Origin: an uncultured Candidatus Binatia bacterium
Lineage (GTDB): Bacteria; Desulfobacterota; Binatia; UBA9968; JAJDTQ01
NCBI GenBank assembly: GCA_965213675.1
Contig: CBDCAF010000019.1
Span: forward strand, 1 to 64,000
DNA: 64,000 nucleotides
Reading direction: 5' to 3'
Below are positions 1 through 8,505 of this stretch, in pieces; positions within the stretch are counted from its first letter, which is position 1, and each line of letters starts with the position of its first letter. A program made the position numbers and the translations under genes. A model generated the notes under the pieces. The model did no database searches. It was given only the letters and a program-made list of their open reading frames with translations, and had not been told where the DNA came from.

Positions 1-7
1 CCTCCCT

Positions 8-517
8 TTACCCGTCCGGGAACCACCCCGGAATCCCAAAATTGTCTCCCGCCCCCGCAAATCCCATCCCAAAACCACAAATCGCCGACCCCTGTTCGAT
101 ACCATCGGAAGGCCCCTCTATAAGGGAACCCTCTTTCTTACACCCTTGGGTAGTAGTACTAAGGGGTTCGGTTGTGTCCGATTGAAAACTATAGGGGTTT
201 CCCCAAACGCACTTGCCCGCCCTGATCCGGTCCAGGTGGTACTTGACCGTTGAAACGGCCATGCCGACATCTTGGGCGATTTGACGGAATGTGAAGCACA
301 TATCGCGGAGGATCGCGCAACGCCAGACGCGGGCGCGGTAGGCGTCGATAACGCTGCGTGTCGCGGAACCCCAATGTCGCCGGATGGCTCGCCGGGACTG
401 AACCTTGCTGTCCCGGCTGGCGTAGACGGATGGGGTTGGTGGAGGCACGGCGTCAGGGTCCAGGACCCGCTTTGCCGTCTCCAGGTTCTTGAGGATTTGC
501 GCCCAATTCTCGGTCAC
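8..517 (-). CDS. HTH DNA-binding protein
   Basis: 169 aa ORF containing FTFRQIAQDVGMAVSTVKYHL, a sigma70-r4/LuxR-like helix-turn-helix. Confidence 0.55.
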   Translation of the reverse strand: MTENWAQILKNLETAKRVLDPDAVPPPTPSVYASRDSKVQSRRAIRRHWGSATRSVIDAYRARVWRCAILRDMCFTFRQIAQDVGMAVSTVKYHLDRIRAGKCVWGNPYSFQSDTTEPLSTTTQGCKKEGSLIEGPSDGIEQGSAICGFGMGFAGAGDNFGIPGWFPDG

Positions 518-644
518 GTTGACACGTTATCCCACGGGACCGGAAACTTCAACCGGCAGGGAGACGGGACCCGTCCCTTTTTTCCCGACTTGTTTTCGGC
601 TAGAATCGCCCAAACCTCGTGAATCTGTACATCAGGAGGGCGCA

Positions 645-809
645 ATGATAAATCCAGGTGCCATCGTATTCTCGATCTTTACACTGTTCTGCATGGGGTC
701 GCTTTTGGTCGTGGGACTGCTTGACCTCCATCATGTGCTTTTTGGGATATTCGGGGTTGCGGGTTTCTTTTGCGGGTTGGCGACGATCATCTTGTGGGGT
801 GACAGTTGA
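645..809 (+). CDS. small two-TM membrane protein
   Basis: AGGAGG RBS then ATG at 645; 54 aa, two hydrophobic segments. Confidence 0.55.
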   Translation: MINPGAIVFSIFTLFCMGSLLVVGLLDLHHVLFGIFGVAGFFCGLATIILWGDS

Positions 810-975
810 CCTACCACTGTCCGAACTGTTCCGCACCACTCACTGTGTCCGTGTGCAAGCGACGTTGTGAGCGGTGCGGGTATTTCGAGGATTGCAGCGA
901 AGGGAACACATGGGGGTGGCGGCGTAAGCCCCGATTCCACCGCTAACCTATTGTTTTGGGAATTATAAAGAATAC

Positions 976-1004
976 TTGACAACCGCTCCGTGATCCTGTA
1001 CGCT
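976..1004 (+). promoter_or_regulatory. sigma70-type promoter of the transposase, -35 overlapping the left IR
   Basis: TTGACA(976)-N17-TACGCT(999). Confidence 0.6.
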
Positions 1005-1032
1005 CTCTACATCAACTGAAGGGAGAGAGGCA

Positions 1033-2016
1033 ATGGGCAAGCAGAAGGCACCGGGCAAGGCATACAGGCAGGGGTTGTCAGTTTTCGAGCTGTTCGAGAT
1101 GTTCCCCGACGAAGGGGCGGCGCGTCGTTGGTTCGAGGGCGTCCGCTGGGTCGCCGGTCGCTATTGCGGACATTGCGGTTCCACGAACACTAGTGAGGTT
1201 CCCAATGAGAAGCCGATGCCGTACTGGTGCACGGATTGTCGCAAGTATTTCAGTGTCAAGGTTGGGACACCGATGCAGTCCAGCAAGCTCTCGCTCCGCA
1301 AGTGGGTTGTCGCCATGTACCTGATGAGTACCAGTCTGAAGGGCGTTTCCTCCATGAAGATTCACCGGGATCTAAAGGTGAGCCAGCCCACGGCGTGGTT
1401 CATGATTCACCGCATCCGCGAGGCTTGGAACATGGAGGGTGACAAGCCGTTCCGTGGACCCGTCGAAGTGGACGAAGCTTACATCGGTGGCAAGGAGAAG
1501 AACAAGCACGAATCCAAGAAGATGAAGGCGGGACGGGGGGCGGTTGGCAAGGCTGCCGTGGTGGGCATGAAGGACCGGGACACCAACCGCGTCAGCGCCG
1601 CTGTAGTCGAGAGCACGGACAGCCCGACCCTACAGGGTTTCGTCAAGGAACAAACCGCCCCCAGGGCGCGGGTGTTCACCGACGAGCACAAATCTTATAA
1701 GGGTCTGCCGAACCACCAGACGGTCAAGCACAGTGTCGGCGAATACGTGGACGGCATGGCGCACACCAACGGCATCGAGTCTTTTTGGGCTACGCTGAAG
1801 CGCGGCTACCACGGCACGTATCACAAGATGAGCACGAAGCACCTACAGCGCTACGTCAACGAGTTCTCGGGACGCCACAACGTTCGGACCCGCAACACCT
1901 TGGATCAAATGGCGGTTATCGCCCGTGGGTTCACCGGCAAGCGGCTACGGCTTGCTGACCTGATCGCCACGCCGGACTTGGATGTGCCCCAGGCTGGGAA
2001 CAGCGACGTTTTTTAG
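1033..2016 (+). CDS. IS1595-family (ISXO2-like) DDE transposase
   Basis: Zn ribbon CGHC..CTDC, HTH, VEVDEAY, TDEH, HTNGIESFW and YVNEFSGRHN motifs. Confidence 0.95.
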   Translation: MGKQKAPGKAYRQGLSVFELFEMFPDEGAARRWFEGVRWVAGRYCGHCGSTNTSEVPNEKPMPYWCTDCRKYFSVKVGTPMQSSKLSLRKWVVAMYLMSTSLKGVSSMKIHRDLKVSQPTAWFMIHRIREAWNMEGDKPFRGPVEVDEAYIGGKEKNKHESKKMKAGRGAVGKAAVVGMKDRDTNRVSAAVVESTDSPTLQGFVKEQTAPRARVFTDEHKSYKGLPNHQTVKHSVGEYVDGMAHTNGIESFWATLKRGYHGTYHKMSTKHLQRYVNEFSGRHNVRTRNTLDQMAVIARGFTGKRLRLADLIATPDLDVPQAGNSDVF

Positions 2017-2461
2017 ATTGAAGCGGTTGACCCTCAAGTTGCGCTCCATCTGCACCGCCGCTCGCCGGATCATCGCGTCATGAACACGCAGTCGTTTCGT
2101 AAGTTCCGTCACCGCCCGATCTAATCGGAGATCGTAACGGTTCGGCATCAACTCCCGTTTGGGCTGTGGTTGATAGTGGTCCGTCGCGAGGTCCAGACGA
2201 TACTCGAACTCCGCTTGTGTCAGGTGAGGCATCATGCCCTCCTCTTTTGGTAAAGGAGGGCCGCTTGACAGGAGGCATACCTGTGCGGTACAAGGAAGGA
2301 ACCGTTGTCACACGGATTCCGACCTTGTGGCCCTCCGGGCCAGAAAGCCAGCGCCTCTCGTGGGTGCTGGCTTTTGTCATTCCGGCCAGTGTACCAACAT
2401 TCCCCGGTTCCGCAAGTTTCAAGTTGACACCCGCGCCGCATTCGTCCTAGACGTTGAGCTT

Positions 2462-3700
2462 ATGGCCGTTCCGAATTGGGCAAACCGAACGCTGTGGACC
2501 GGGGATAACCTGGATATAATGCGGGGGATGAACTCCGCGTCCGTGGACCTCATCTACCTGGACCCGCCGTTCAACTCCAAGGCCGACTACAGTGCGCCAA
2601 TTGGTTCCGAAGCCGCTGGTGCGGCCTTCAAGGATACATGGACACTAGATGACGTGGACGAAGCATGGCACGGCGAAATAGCCGACCGCGAACCAGCGCT
2701 GTACGCCATCATCGACGCTGCCGGACTCGCCCACAGCGCCAGCATGAAGTCCTATCTGATTATGATGGCAGTCCGGCTCATGGAGATGAAGCGCGTTCTT
2801 AAGGGAACCGGCTCCATTTATCTGCACTGTGACCAAACGGCAAGCCACTACCTCAAAATGTTAATGGACACCGTGTTTGGGAGGGACCGTTACCGTAACG
2901 AAATCACATGGTACTACATGAACAAGCTCGGAACGGGCGGGCGCGTGTTCGACCGTCAGCACGATACCCTTCTGTGGTACTCAGGGGACGACTACTCGTT
3001 TCACGTACTGAAGGAACCCGTTAAGCTCGCCAAACCGCAACCAGTTACCAAAAAGATAAAAGGTGTGCGGGTTTGGCTGCGAGACGATAAGGGCAAGCGG
3101 CTGTACCGGCATAGCACCACCAAGCGAATTGGCGACGTGTGGCCCATGCCGATTATTAATCCAATGTCGAAGGAACGCACGGGCTACCCTACTCAAAAGC
3201 CGCTCGCTCTTCTGGAGCGCGTTATCAATGCTAGTTCCGACAACGGACAGGTAATCCTAGACCCTTTCTGCGGGTGCGCCACGGCCTGTGTTGCCGCTGA
3301 GAAGCTCGGACGGCAGTGGGTAGGGATTGACCTATCACCGAAAGCCGCCGACCTCGTAAAGCTCCGGCTACGGAAGGAGATGGGGCTGTTTTACGATATC
3401 GAGCACCGGCGAGACATTCCGCGCCGCTTGGATCAAGGCAAGGCACCGAGCTACAAGACACACAAGCACACCCTCTTTGGCGTCCAGGAAGGACTCTGCG
3501 CCGGGTGCCGGGTCGCCTTCCCGTTCCGTAACATGACGATTGACCACGTGGTGCCACAGTCCAAGAGCGGGACGGATCACCTAATCAATCTGCAACTGCT
3601 TTGTGGTGCCTGTAACTCGATGAAGGGAACCCGGAGCCAAGAAGAATTTATCGCGGCACTTGTGCGGGAAGGACTGCGACAGCAAGGAGCGAGGACATGA
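2462..3700 (+). CDS. N6A/N4C DNA methyltransferase fused to C-terminal HNH nuclease domain
   Basis: GDNL, YLDPPF, YPTQKP and LDPFCGCAT motifs; C-terminal CAGC..IDHVVP..NLQLLCGACNSMKG; probable start is ATG 2462. Confidence 0.9.
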   Translation: MAVPNWANRTLWTGDNLDIMRGMNSASVDLIYLDPPFNSKADYSAPIGSEAAGAAFKDTWTLDDVDEAWHGEIADREPALYAIIDAAGLAHSASMKSYLIMMAVRLMEMKRVLKGTGSIYLHCDQTASHYLKMLMDTVFGRDRYRNEITWYYMNKLGTGGRVFDRQHDTLLWYSGDDYSFHVLKEPVKLAKPQPVTKKIKGVRVWLRDDKGKRLYRHSTTKRIGDVWPMPIINPMSKERTGYPTQKPLALLERVINASSDNGQVILDPFCGCATACVAAEKLGRQWVGIDLSPKAADLVKLRLRKEMGLFYDIEHRRDIPRRLDQGKAPSYKTHKHTLFGVQEGLCAGCRVAFPFRNMTIDHVVPQSKSGTDHLINLQLLCGACNSMKGTRSQEEFIAALVREGLRQQGART

Positions 3701-3852
3701 CAACCGCCAACCCGAAGAAGAAGCCCGAACATCGCGACATGCCGAAAGACCCGCGTCTGCTGGCAAAGGCCATGTTCAGTGTGGCGGATCGGAAGATTGA
3801 GAAGAGAGAAGGACGGGCAGCAGAGAAGAAGACCGCTGCCCAGGGGCGCTAG
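3697..3852 (+). CDS. small basic IS passenger protein
   Basis: ATGA overlap with MTase stop, GAGGA RBS; MTTANPKKKPEHRDMPKDPRLLAKAMF..., 51 aa. Confidence 0.5.
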   Translation: MTTANPKKKPEHRDMPKDPRLLAKAMFSVADRKIEKREGRAAEKKTAAQGR

Positions 3853-3964
3853 GTTCGCAACATCCCAGCTTACCGGCGCGAACCAGCGCCGTCAAGTATT
3901 CTTTATAATTCCCATTGTTTTTATTGCGTTTAGGGGGTGGCGGGGAATCAGGGATAGGTCTCTC

Positions 3965-4210
3965 TCATTTTCCGGCCTTCCTCTGCTTTGCACTCCGCCT
4001 GTCCTTGGGGTTCCCGACAAAGACCCGCTTCTTGCGGTTGCGGTGTCCGTCAGCCCGCCGCAGGCTGCCATCATCCTGCATGATGTACGTCGCGGACCCC
4101 ACTTTCAGTTCCTTGCCCGCGTACTTCTTCCGTATCGCAATCTTCGCTTGCTCGAACTCCGCTGTCGTGATTCTCGGTTCCCTCGGTTTCGGGGAGTGTT
4201 CTTTCTTCAT
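3965..4210 (-). CDS. hypothetical basic protein
   Basis: 81 aa, AGGAGG-like RBS, last gene of a leftward run. Confidence 0.55.
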   Translation of the reverse strand: MKKEHSPKPREPRITTAEFEQAKIAIRKKYAGKELKVGSATYIMQDDGSLRRADGHRNRKKRVFVGNPKDRRSAKQRKAGK

Positions 4211-4742
4211 CCTTGTGCCTCCTTAGAAGTTGGTGGACCCGCTGCCGGGTCATGCCGAACTTTTCGCTTGCCGCATTGACACCATCCTGTTGCACAAGTG
4301 CGTCAAGCGCCTTGACTCGTTCCGCCGTCCACAACGGCTTGATGCTGTTCCGCATAGCCGCCGCCGCGCAGTCAACGCTACAGGTTCTCTTGCGACCAAA
4401 GACGATGTTCCCGCACGTCCGGCACGATCCCGAACGCCGGCGTGTCAACTTCACCCGGCTGGCATACCTCCACCCGTTGTAGGTGTGTTCCTTACTGTCC
4501 CTGTTCGTTTGCCGGTGTGATTCATACTCGCACCGGAAAAGTGCCACGCCCTTGTTATCGACGTGGTGCAGGTAGTTCCGTGCGTCACGGGACCGACGCC
4601 AGAACACAAGCTCCTGCCAGTTTGCAATAGCCTCGGTCCATTCCCCCACTTGGTACAGCCTCTTGCCGGGTCCCTTCAGACTTTGGAACACCCCCGGCAC
4701 ATGCGTCTCCCTTACCAGCTTCCAGCCCTCCTTGACCTTCAT
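4071..4742 (-). CDS. phage protein (paralogue of 34933 and 35336 domains) with Zn finger and HTH
   Basis: N-terminus MKVKEGWKLV..LYQVGEWT..LFRCEYE; CRTC..TCSVDC; ASEKFGMTRQRVHQLL. Confidence 0.6.
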   Translation of the reverse strand: MKVKEGWKLVRETHVPGVFQSLKGPGKRLYQVGEWTEAIANWQELVFWRRSRDARNYLHHVDNKGVALFRCEYESHRQTNRDSKEHTYNGWRYASRVKLTRRRSGSCRTCGNIVFGRKRTCSVDCAAAAMRNSIKPLWTAERVKALDALVQQDGVNAASEKFGMTRQRVHQLLRRHKDEERTLPETEGTENHDSGVRASEDCDTEEVRGQGTESGVRDVHHAG

Positions 4743-5125
4743 GGTGTGTTTCCTCCCCCGAAAATGTAGTCCGCGTGTTTCTCGATAAGGTCGGCGATTT
4801 CCGAGAAGGTAAGTTCACCATCGTTCGCTTCTGCCAAGTCCTCAAATATGGAGTCCTCTGGTAGTTCTACCTGCCTACTCCTGTGGCTGATTCCAAGCCA
4901 CTCGGATACAGCCGGGTGCAGGTAGGAGAAGCTGATAAAGGGACCGGATTTGTAATCGTAGAGTATGTCCTCGCCATCGCTTGGTATCCACTCCCCAACC
5001 TTGGAAATGTCCGACGCCACACCCAAGCAACAGAACTTGTCACCAGATCGCAGGGCACCCTTATTTTGCTTGTATATGCCGCTTCGCAATGCGGCTAGCC
5101 ATGTTTTCCCGTTCTCTGTAATCAT
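4739..5125 (-). CDS. conserved phage hypothetical protein
   Basis: WLAALRSGIYKQ..FCCLGV..ND..TFSEIADLIE pattern common in phages; AGGAGG RBS. Confidence 0.7.
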   Translation of the reverse strand: MITENGKTWLAALRSGIYKQNKGALRSGDKFCCLGVASDISKVGEWIPSDGEDILYDYKSGPFISFSYLHPAVSEWLGISHRSRQVELPEDSIFEDLAEANDGELTFSEIADLIEKHADYIFGGGNTP

Positions 5126-5150
5126 CTGCCTTCCTCCTGGTTGATAATCC

Positions 5151-5225
5151 TTGCCTTGCCTCGCCCAGCCCAGCCTTGCCTTGCCTTGCCTTGCCTAGCA
5201 GCACCTTGCCCCGCCATGCAGCGCC
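5151..5225 (-). ncRNA. orphan GGY-NN pentamer array (putative guide RNA, VIPR-like)
   Basis: 15 in-phase pentamers on the minus strand (13 GGY, 2 TGC variants), directly downstream of a promoter. Confidence 0.65.
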
Positions 5226-5244
5226 AAATCTAGTTGAAGTCAAC

Positions 5245-5273
5245 ACCCTATAGCGGTTTTTGGGGGATGTCAA
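5245..5273 (-). promoter_or_regulatory. sigma70-type promoter driving the orphan array and leftward genes
   Basis: Minus strand TTGACA(5273-5268)-N17-TAGGGT(5250-5245), same boxes as at 40246-40274. Confidence 0.7.
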
Positions 5274-5295
5274 GACCCCCCCCGTGTAATCGTGT

Positions 5296-5460
5296 CCGTG
5301 GTGGTGGTGCCGTGGTTGCGTTCGACTCGCACCACGTCACGCCATGCACTGCCCGTGGTGGTGGTGGTGTGGTGGTGCCGTGGTGGTGGTGGTGTGGTGG
5401 TTGCGTCTCCGAGTAGCAGACGGCATGGACAACAGGTTAGTGGTGTGGTGGTGGCGTGAC
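5296..5460. repeat. GTG-rich low-complexity repeat tract
   Basis: Repeated CCGTGGTGGTGGTG and (GTG)n runs. Confidence 0.7.
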
Positions 5461-5543
5461 GGCATGGACACGGCACGATCCAGCCTGGATAGCAACCATG
5501 CGTTTGAGAACGCCATGCAATAAGTGACGGAGTGGTTGCGTAC

Positions 5544-5675
5544 AGGTGGCAGGTTATTGACTAGGGGTTTGCGTATGGGTTGCGGACTATTGACCAACAG
5601 GTTGCTTATGGGTTGCTGATTGTGGACTAGGGGTTTGACAATGGCACGTTGATTATGGACTAGGGGTTTGCTTAG
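5544..5675. repeat. 4 x 33-bp imperfect direct repeats (iteron-like)
   Basis: Units start at 5544, 5577, 5610 and 5643; core GACTAGGGGTTTG in three of the four. Confidence 0.8.
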
Positions 5676-5896
5676 CTCGTGGTGGTTGTCAACCCCATAG
5701 TTGAAAACGTCATGCAGTACCAGACGGCACATTCAATTGTGCGATAGGGGTTGACAAACGAGCAGTACGGTATTGGGTGGCCTTCAGTAGGCCGGACAGG
5801 TACTAAACCATTAGGCACCTTCGTAAAGTGCCGTGTCGTGGATTCTACAGCCTTGCCTCTAAGTATGCGAAATCGTTAAGGAATTTGGCCTTAAAC

Positions 5897-5927
5897 TGTT
5901 GATAACTTGTGGATAACCTGTTGATAA
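5897..5927 (-). promoter_or_regulatory. three tandem DnaA boxes with 11-bp period
   Basis: TGTTGATAA, TGTGGATAA (perfect TTATCCACA on minus strand), TGTTGATAA. Confidence 0.7.
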
Positions 5928-6079
5928 CTTAGGGGTTTCCGGCTTGGATAGGTGATTTGGTGCTTAAATCGACGCTAAGGCACCCTCAAATGTGGGTCTT
6001 GAAGGCCGTTTTGACGTCAATCCCTGTAGCTGATTTGGCGTTTTTCTTGCCTTGAGCGCAAAAAAACTACTATAGGTCC

Positions 6080-6109
6080 TTGACATGGTATGCTGTCCTG
6101 TAGTAGATT
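6080..6109 (+). promoter_or_regulatory. early promoter 1
   Basis: A-tract upstream, TTGACA-N18-TAGATT. Confidence 0.6.
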
Positions 6110-6157
6110 GACGGTAAATCAAGGCTTGGGCCAAAGGTTCATTAACTAGGGGGAAAG

Positions 6158-6361
6158 ATGGCGATAGAGGACACACTGATACGAGAGACGCTGGCGAGAT
6201 TGTCACGGGCAACGGATGGCAACATGGCGACGATCCAGGCAGAGATTGACGCGCACAATGGTGACGCCGGCGCAGCTTTCCGCGCTATCGGAGAACGTGC
6301 GCAGGTAGACGTGATAGCGCGGATTGAAGCCGCTAAGGCACGTCTGGCGGTACGGTCTTAG
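6158..6361 (+). CDS. small early protein
   Basis: 67 aa, purine-rich RBS, follows promoter 1. Confidence 0.6.
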   Translation: MAIEDTLIRETLARLSRATDGNMATIQAEIDAHNGDAGAAFRAIGERAQVDVIARIEAAKARLAVRS

Positions 6362-6437
6362 CTGACCTTGGCGTCAATGGCCTATAGGGAAATCGGCATT
6401 TTTCTGCCTCAAGCTGCAAAAAAATTACTATAGGGGG

Positions 6438-6466
6438 TTGACATCTAGGGTTCGGCGTAGTAGATT
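6438..6466 (+). promoter_or_regulatory. early promoter 2 (duplicate of promoter 1 block)
   Basis: A-tract upstream, TTGACA-N17-TAGATT. Confidence 0.65.
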
Positions 6467-6521
6467 GACTTATTGATTGATGGCGGGCCGCACGGCCCAC
6501 AACCTAGATGGGAGCTCGGAA

Positions 6522-6749
6522 ATGGTCTACACACTCTCGAACCTGTCCCAGACAGACCGTATGCGGATACGCACCGTACAACAAATTCGTCCTGTGACGG
6601 ATACCGCGATCCGCTCACTCGAAATGGTCGCCGTGTCGGCAACCGGCGAATTGGTGTTGGTGCTCGTAACCCATGCGAGTAGGCGCATCCGGCGCAAAGC
6701 GACTTTGGATGATGTCCAAGCATCGGGCTTGAGGCTCTTGGGTTCATAG
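6522..6749 (+). CDS. small early protein
   Basis: GGGAG RBS, ATG 6522. Confidence 0.55.
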   Translation: MVYTLSNLSQTDRMRIRTVQQIRPVTDTAIRSLEMVAVSATGELVLVLVTHASRRIRRKATLDDVQASGLRLLGS

Positions 6750-6861
6750 CCCTGGATCATTGCGAGTTGCGCCCGGTTCCATAATCGGGCGCTTCTCGGA
6801 GTTATCCAGCTTCGTCGGCCCCGTGACCGTTTCGCGGAAATGTGAAAAAATGGAGGCAGAC

Positions 6862-7158
6862 ATGGAACGCATTGATAGGGAAACCGCAGATCATCCGATA
6901 GTGGAAGTGTTCGGCCTTGACCGCACTGGATACGAGACCTTGACCCGCAATCTGGGGGCGCACTACATCGACTGCGCCGGACATCCCGTGCAGAAACTGG
7001 AATGGGATGGCGAGCGCCCTATCTATCGGTTCGAAAAGGGCGTGAACCCCGTTGCGGCGCGCGCCGACATGAGCGCGATGCGCGCGCGGTTGCAGTCCGA
7101 GGCGCGCGCGAAGCGTGTGCAGCTCAACCCGGATGGATCGCACTCGGACTTGCGATAG
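6862..7158 (+). CDS. small early protein
   Basis: GGAGG RBS within an intergenic repeat, ATG 6862. Confidence 0.6.
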   Translation: MERIDRETADHPIVEVFGLDRTGYETLTRNLGAHYIDCAGHPVQKLEWDGERPIYRFEKGVNPVAARADMSAMRARLQSEARAKRVQLNPDGSHSDLR

Positions 7159-7256
7159 TTGCGCCTTGGTGCTGCCCGCGCGGCACCTTAGCGGAGCAAT
7201 CAGCTTCACCGGCCCCGTGACGGATTCACGGGAATTTGAAAAAATGGAGGCATGAT

Positions 7257-7499
7257 ATGACACCTGACGGAATCGCAAAGCTTAAGCGTCTCGCCAACGG
7301 GGGCGGGCCTTGTGCTGCCCGTGCGGCAAGAATTCTAGAGAGAGAGAAAGATGTGGTCGGTTACGCGCAAAGGACCACGGGTAAGACGTTCTGCCTCGAT
7401 TGTGGCCCACGGCAATGGTGGGATTATTTGTTGTTGCGCGGTGATAGGTGGGATTTTGATTTGTTTTGTGTCGATTGTGACGCGGATATTCATGTCTAG
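7257..7499 (+). CDS. small early Zn-binding protein
   Basis: GGAGG RBS; CLDC and CVDC pairs. Confidence 0.6.
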   Translation: MTPDGIAKLKRLANGGGPCAARAARILEREKDVVGYAQRTTGKTFCLDCGPRQWWDYLLLRGDRWDFDLFCVDCDADIHV

Positions 7500-7612
7500 G
7501 CCGATTTTTGCGCTTTGGTGCCGTCGCCATGTCGGCACCTTAGCGGAGCAATCCAGCACCAACGGTCCCGTGGCAGAATCACGGGAATGTGAAAAAATCA
7601 GGGGGGATCGAT

Positions 7613-7840
7613 ATGGAACGACGCGAGATAGAGAAGCTGATAGCCAGAGTTGAGGGACCCCTTACCCTTCGCTTTGACAGTCAGAGCGAAGCTGAAACGG
7701 CACTCGGCGAGATTCAGGCCGTTCACAACCACGCAAATCTTTGGGTATCCCGTCACGGCAAGAACGGGCAATACGTGATCGCGACCATTGACGTTATCGG
7801 GCGACTACTGTTCGTGCGCAGGGGCGAAACTACGGGGTAA
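7613..7840 (+). CDS. small early protein
   Basis: G-rich RBS at the end of an intergenic repeat, ATG 7613. Confidence 0.6.
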   Translation: MERREIEKLIARVEGPLTLRFDSQSEAETALGEIQAVHNHANLWVSRHGKNGQYVIATIDVIGRLLFVRRGETTG

Positions 7841-7893
7841 ACTAGCCGTGGGAACTTCGCCGAAATTTGAAAATTTAAGGAAAGGAGGAAACC

Positions 7894-8019
7894 ATGTCCA
7901 AGTACAAGGATCGCCACCGCGCGGCAAAGGGACCGGCTACACAGCCGGAACGGACAGCGGTCAAGCAGCAAAAGACCGCGACCGCGCGACGGGAACGGCA
8001 ACACGCGCGTCGGAAGTAG
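7894..8019 (+). CDS. small basic peptide
   Basis: AAAGGAGG RBS; MSKYKDRHRAAK..., 41 aa. Confidence 0.45.
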   Translation: MSKYKDRHRAAKGPATQPERTAVKQQKTATARRERQHARRK

Positions 8020-8103
8020 CGCGTTGCCGTTGGTGCGGACATCGGCTAGCTCGGGATGGCGAAACAGCCGAACACGATGTCTGCTTGATCGGCCAGACGG
8101 CCT

Positions 8104-8472
8104 TTAGGTTTGGCGGCGACGGGTGTTAAGTTCAAGATAACGAGACGCCCGCCCGCCATTCCACGAACCCCGCTGTACAGGTGGCCCAACAGGTTCGTAA
8201 ACCTGTCCATCGGATGTGACCACTTCAACGTCATGGGCGACGTTAGGCCGGTCCCGGATGGTCCAGATAGTAAGCCCTACGAGCACCGTGGCCTGTTCCT
8301 CGTAGGACGTGTAAGGTGCTCGGTCCCGCCGGTTAGCTAGGACACGGGCACCCCAATCAGGTTGCGTTACCCTGCCATACCTGTCTTGTGTGGCTTCGGG
8401 CCGGTCAGCCGGATTGCGAATCGTGACCAACTCGGTAAGCGCCGGCGGATGGTATCTTGGGTATCGGTCCAT
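8104..8472 (-). CDS. head closure / head-tail adaptor
   Basis: VTIR..DRYGR..W..RR..TIR..GQVYE..YLEL pattern resembling SPP1 gp16-type stoppers. Confidence 0.6.
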   Translation of the reverse strand: MDRYPRYHPPALTELVTIRNPADRPEATQDRYGRVTQPDWGARVLANRRDRAPYTSYEEQATVLVGLTIWTIRDRPNVAHDVEVVTSDGQVYEPVGPPVQRGSWNGGRASRYLELNTRRRQT

Positions 8473-8505
8473 GAAGAACGGGGAGAAATTTGAAAAAATT
8501 TTCGG

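Larger units (their letters stand above)
958..3913 (+). mobile_element. IS1595-family element with methyltransferase-HNH cargo
   Basis: Perfect 23-bp terminal IRs GGGAATTATAAAGAATACTTGAC (958-980 and 3891-3913); 8-bp TSD ATTGTTTT (950-957 and 3914-3921); transposase inside. Confidence 0.95.

Noticed and set aside
1048-1068. Possible gapped match of the 5151 array (GC AT GG AA GC TA AA) to the transposase 5' end (GC CC GG AA GC TA AG)
   Set aside because: Only 5 of 7 dinucleotides match and the rest fail; expected by chance. No convincing self-target was found by eye, and a full search was not possible
1945-2235. Minus-strand 96-aa ORF inside the first IS
   Set aside because: It overlaps the transposase end and has no recognisable motif; it may be real but is unsupported
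2234-2461. N-terminal extension of the MTase ORF
   Set aside because: MTase-like sequence begins at MAVPNWANRTLW (2462); the extension has no recognisable features
5337-5732. 131-aa ORF with KPLVHNQ repeats
   Set aside because: No clear RBS and it runs into low-complexity sequence; more simply explained as DNA-level repeats, though not excluded
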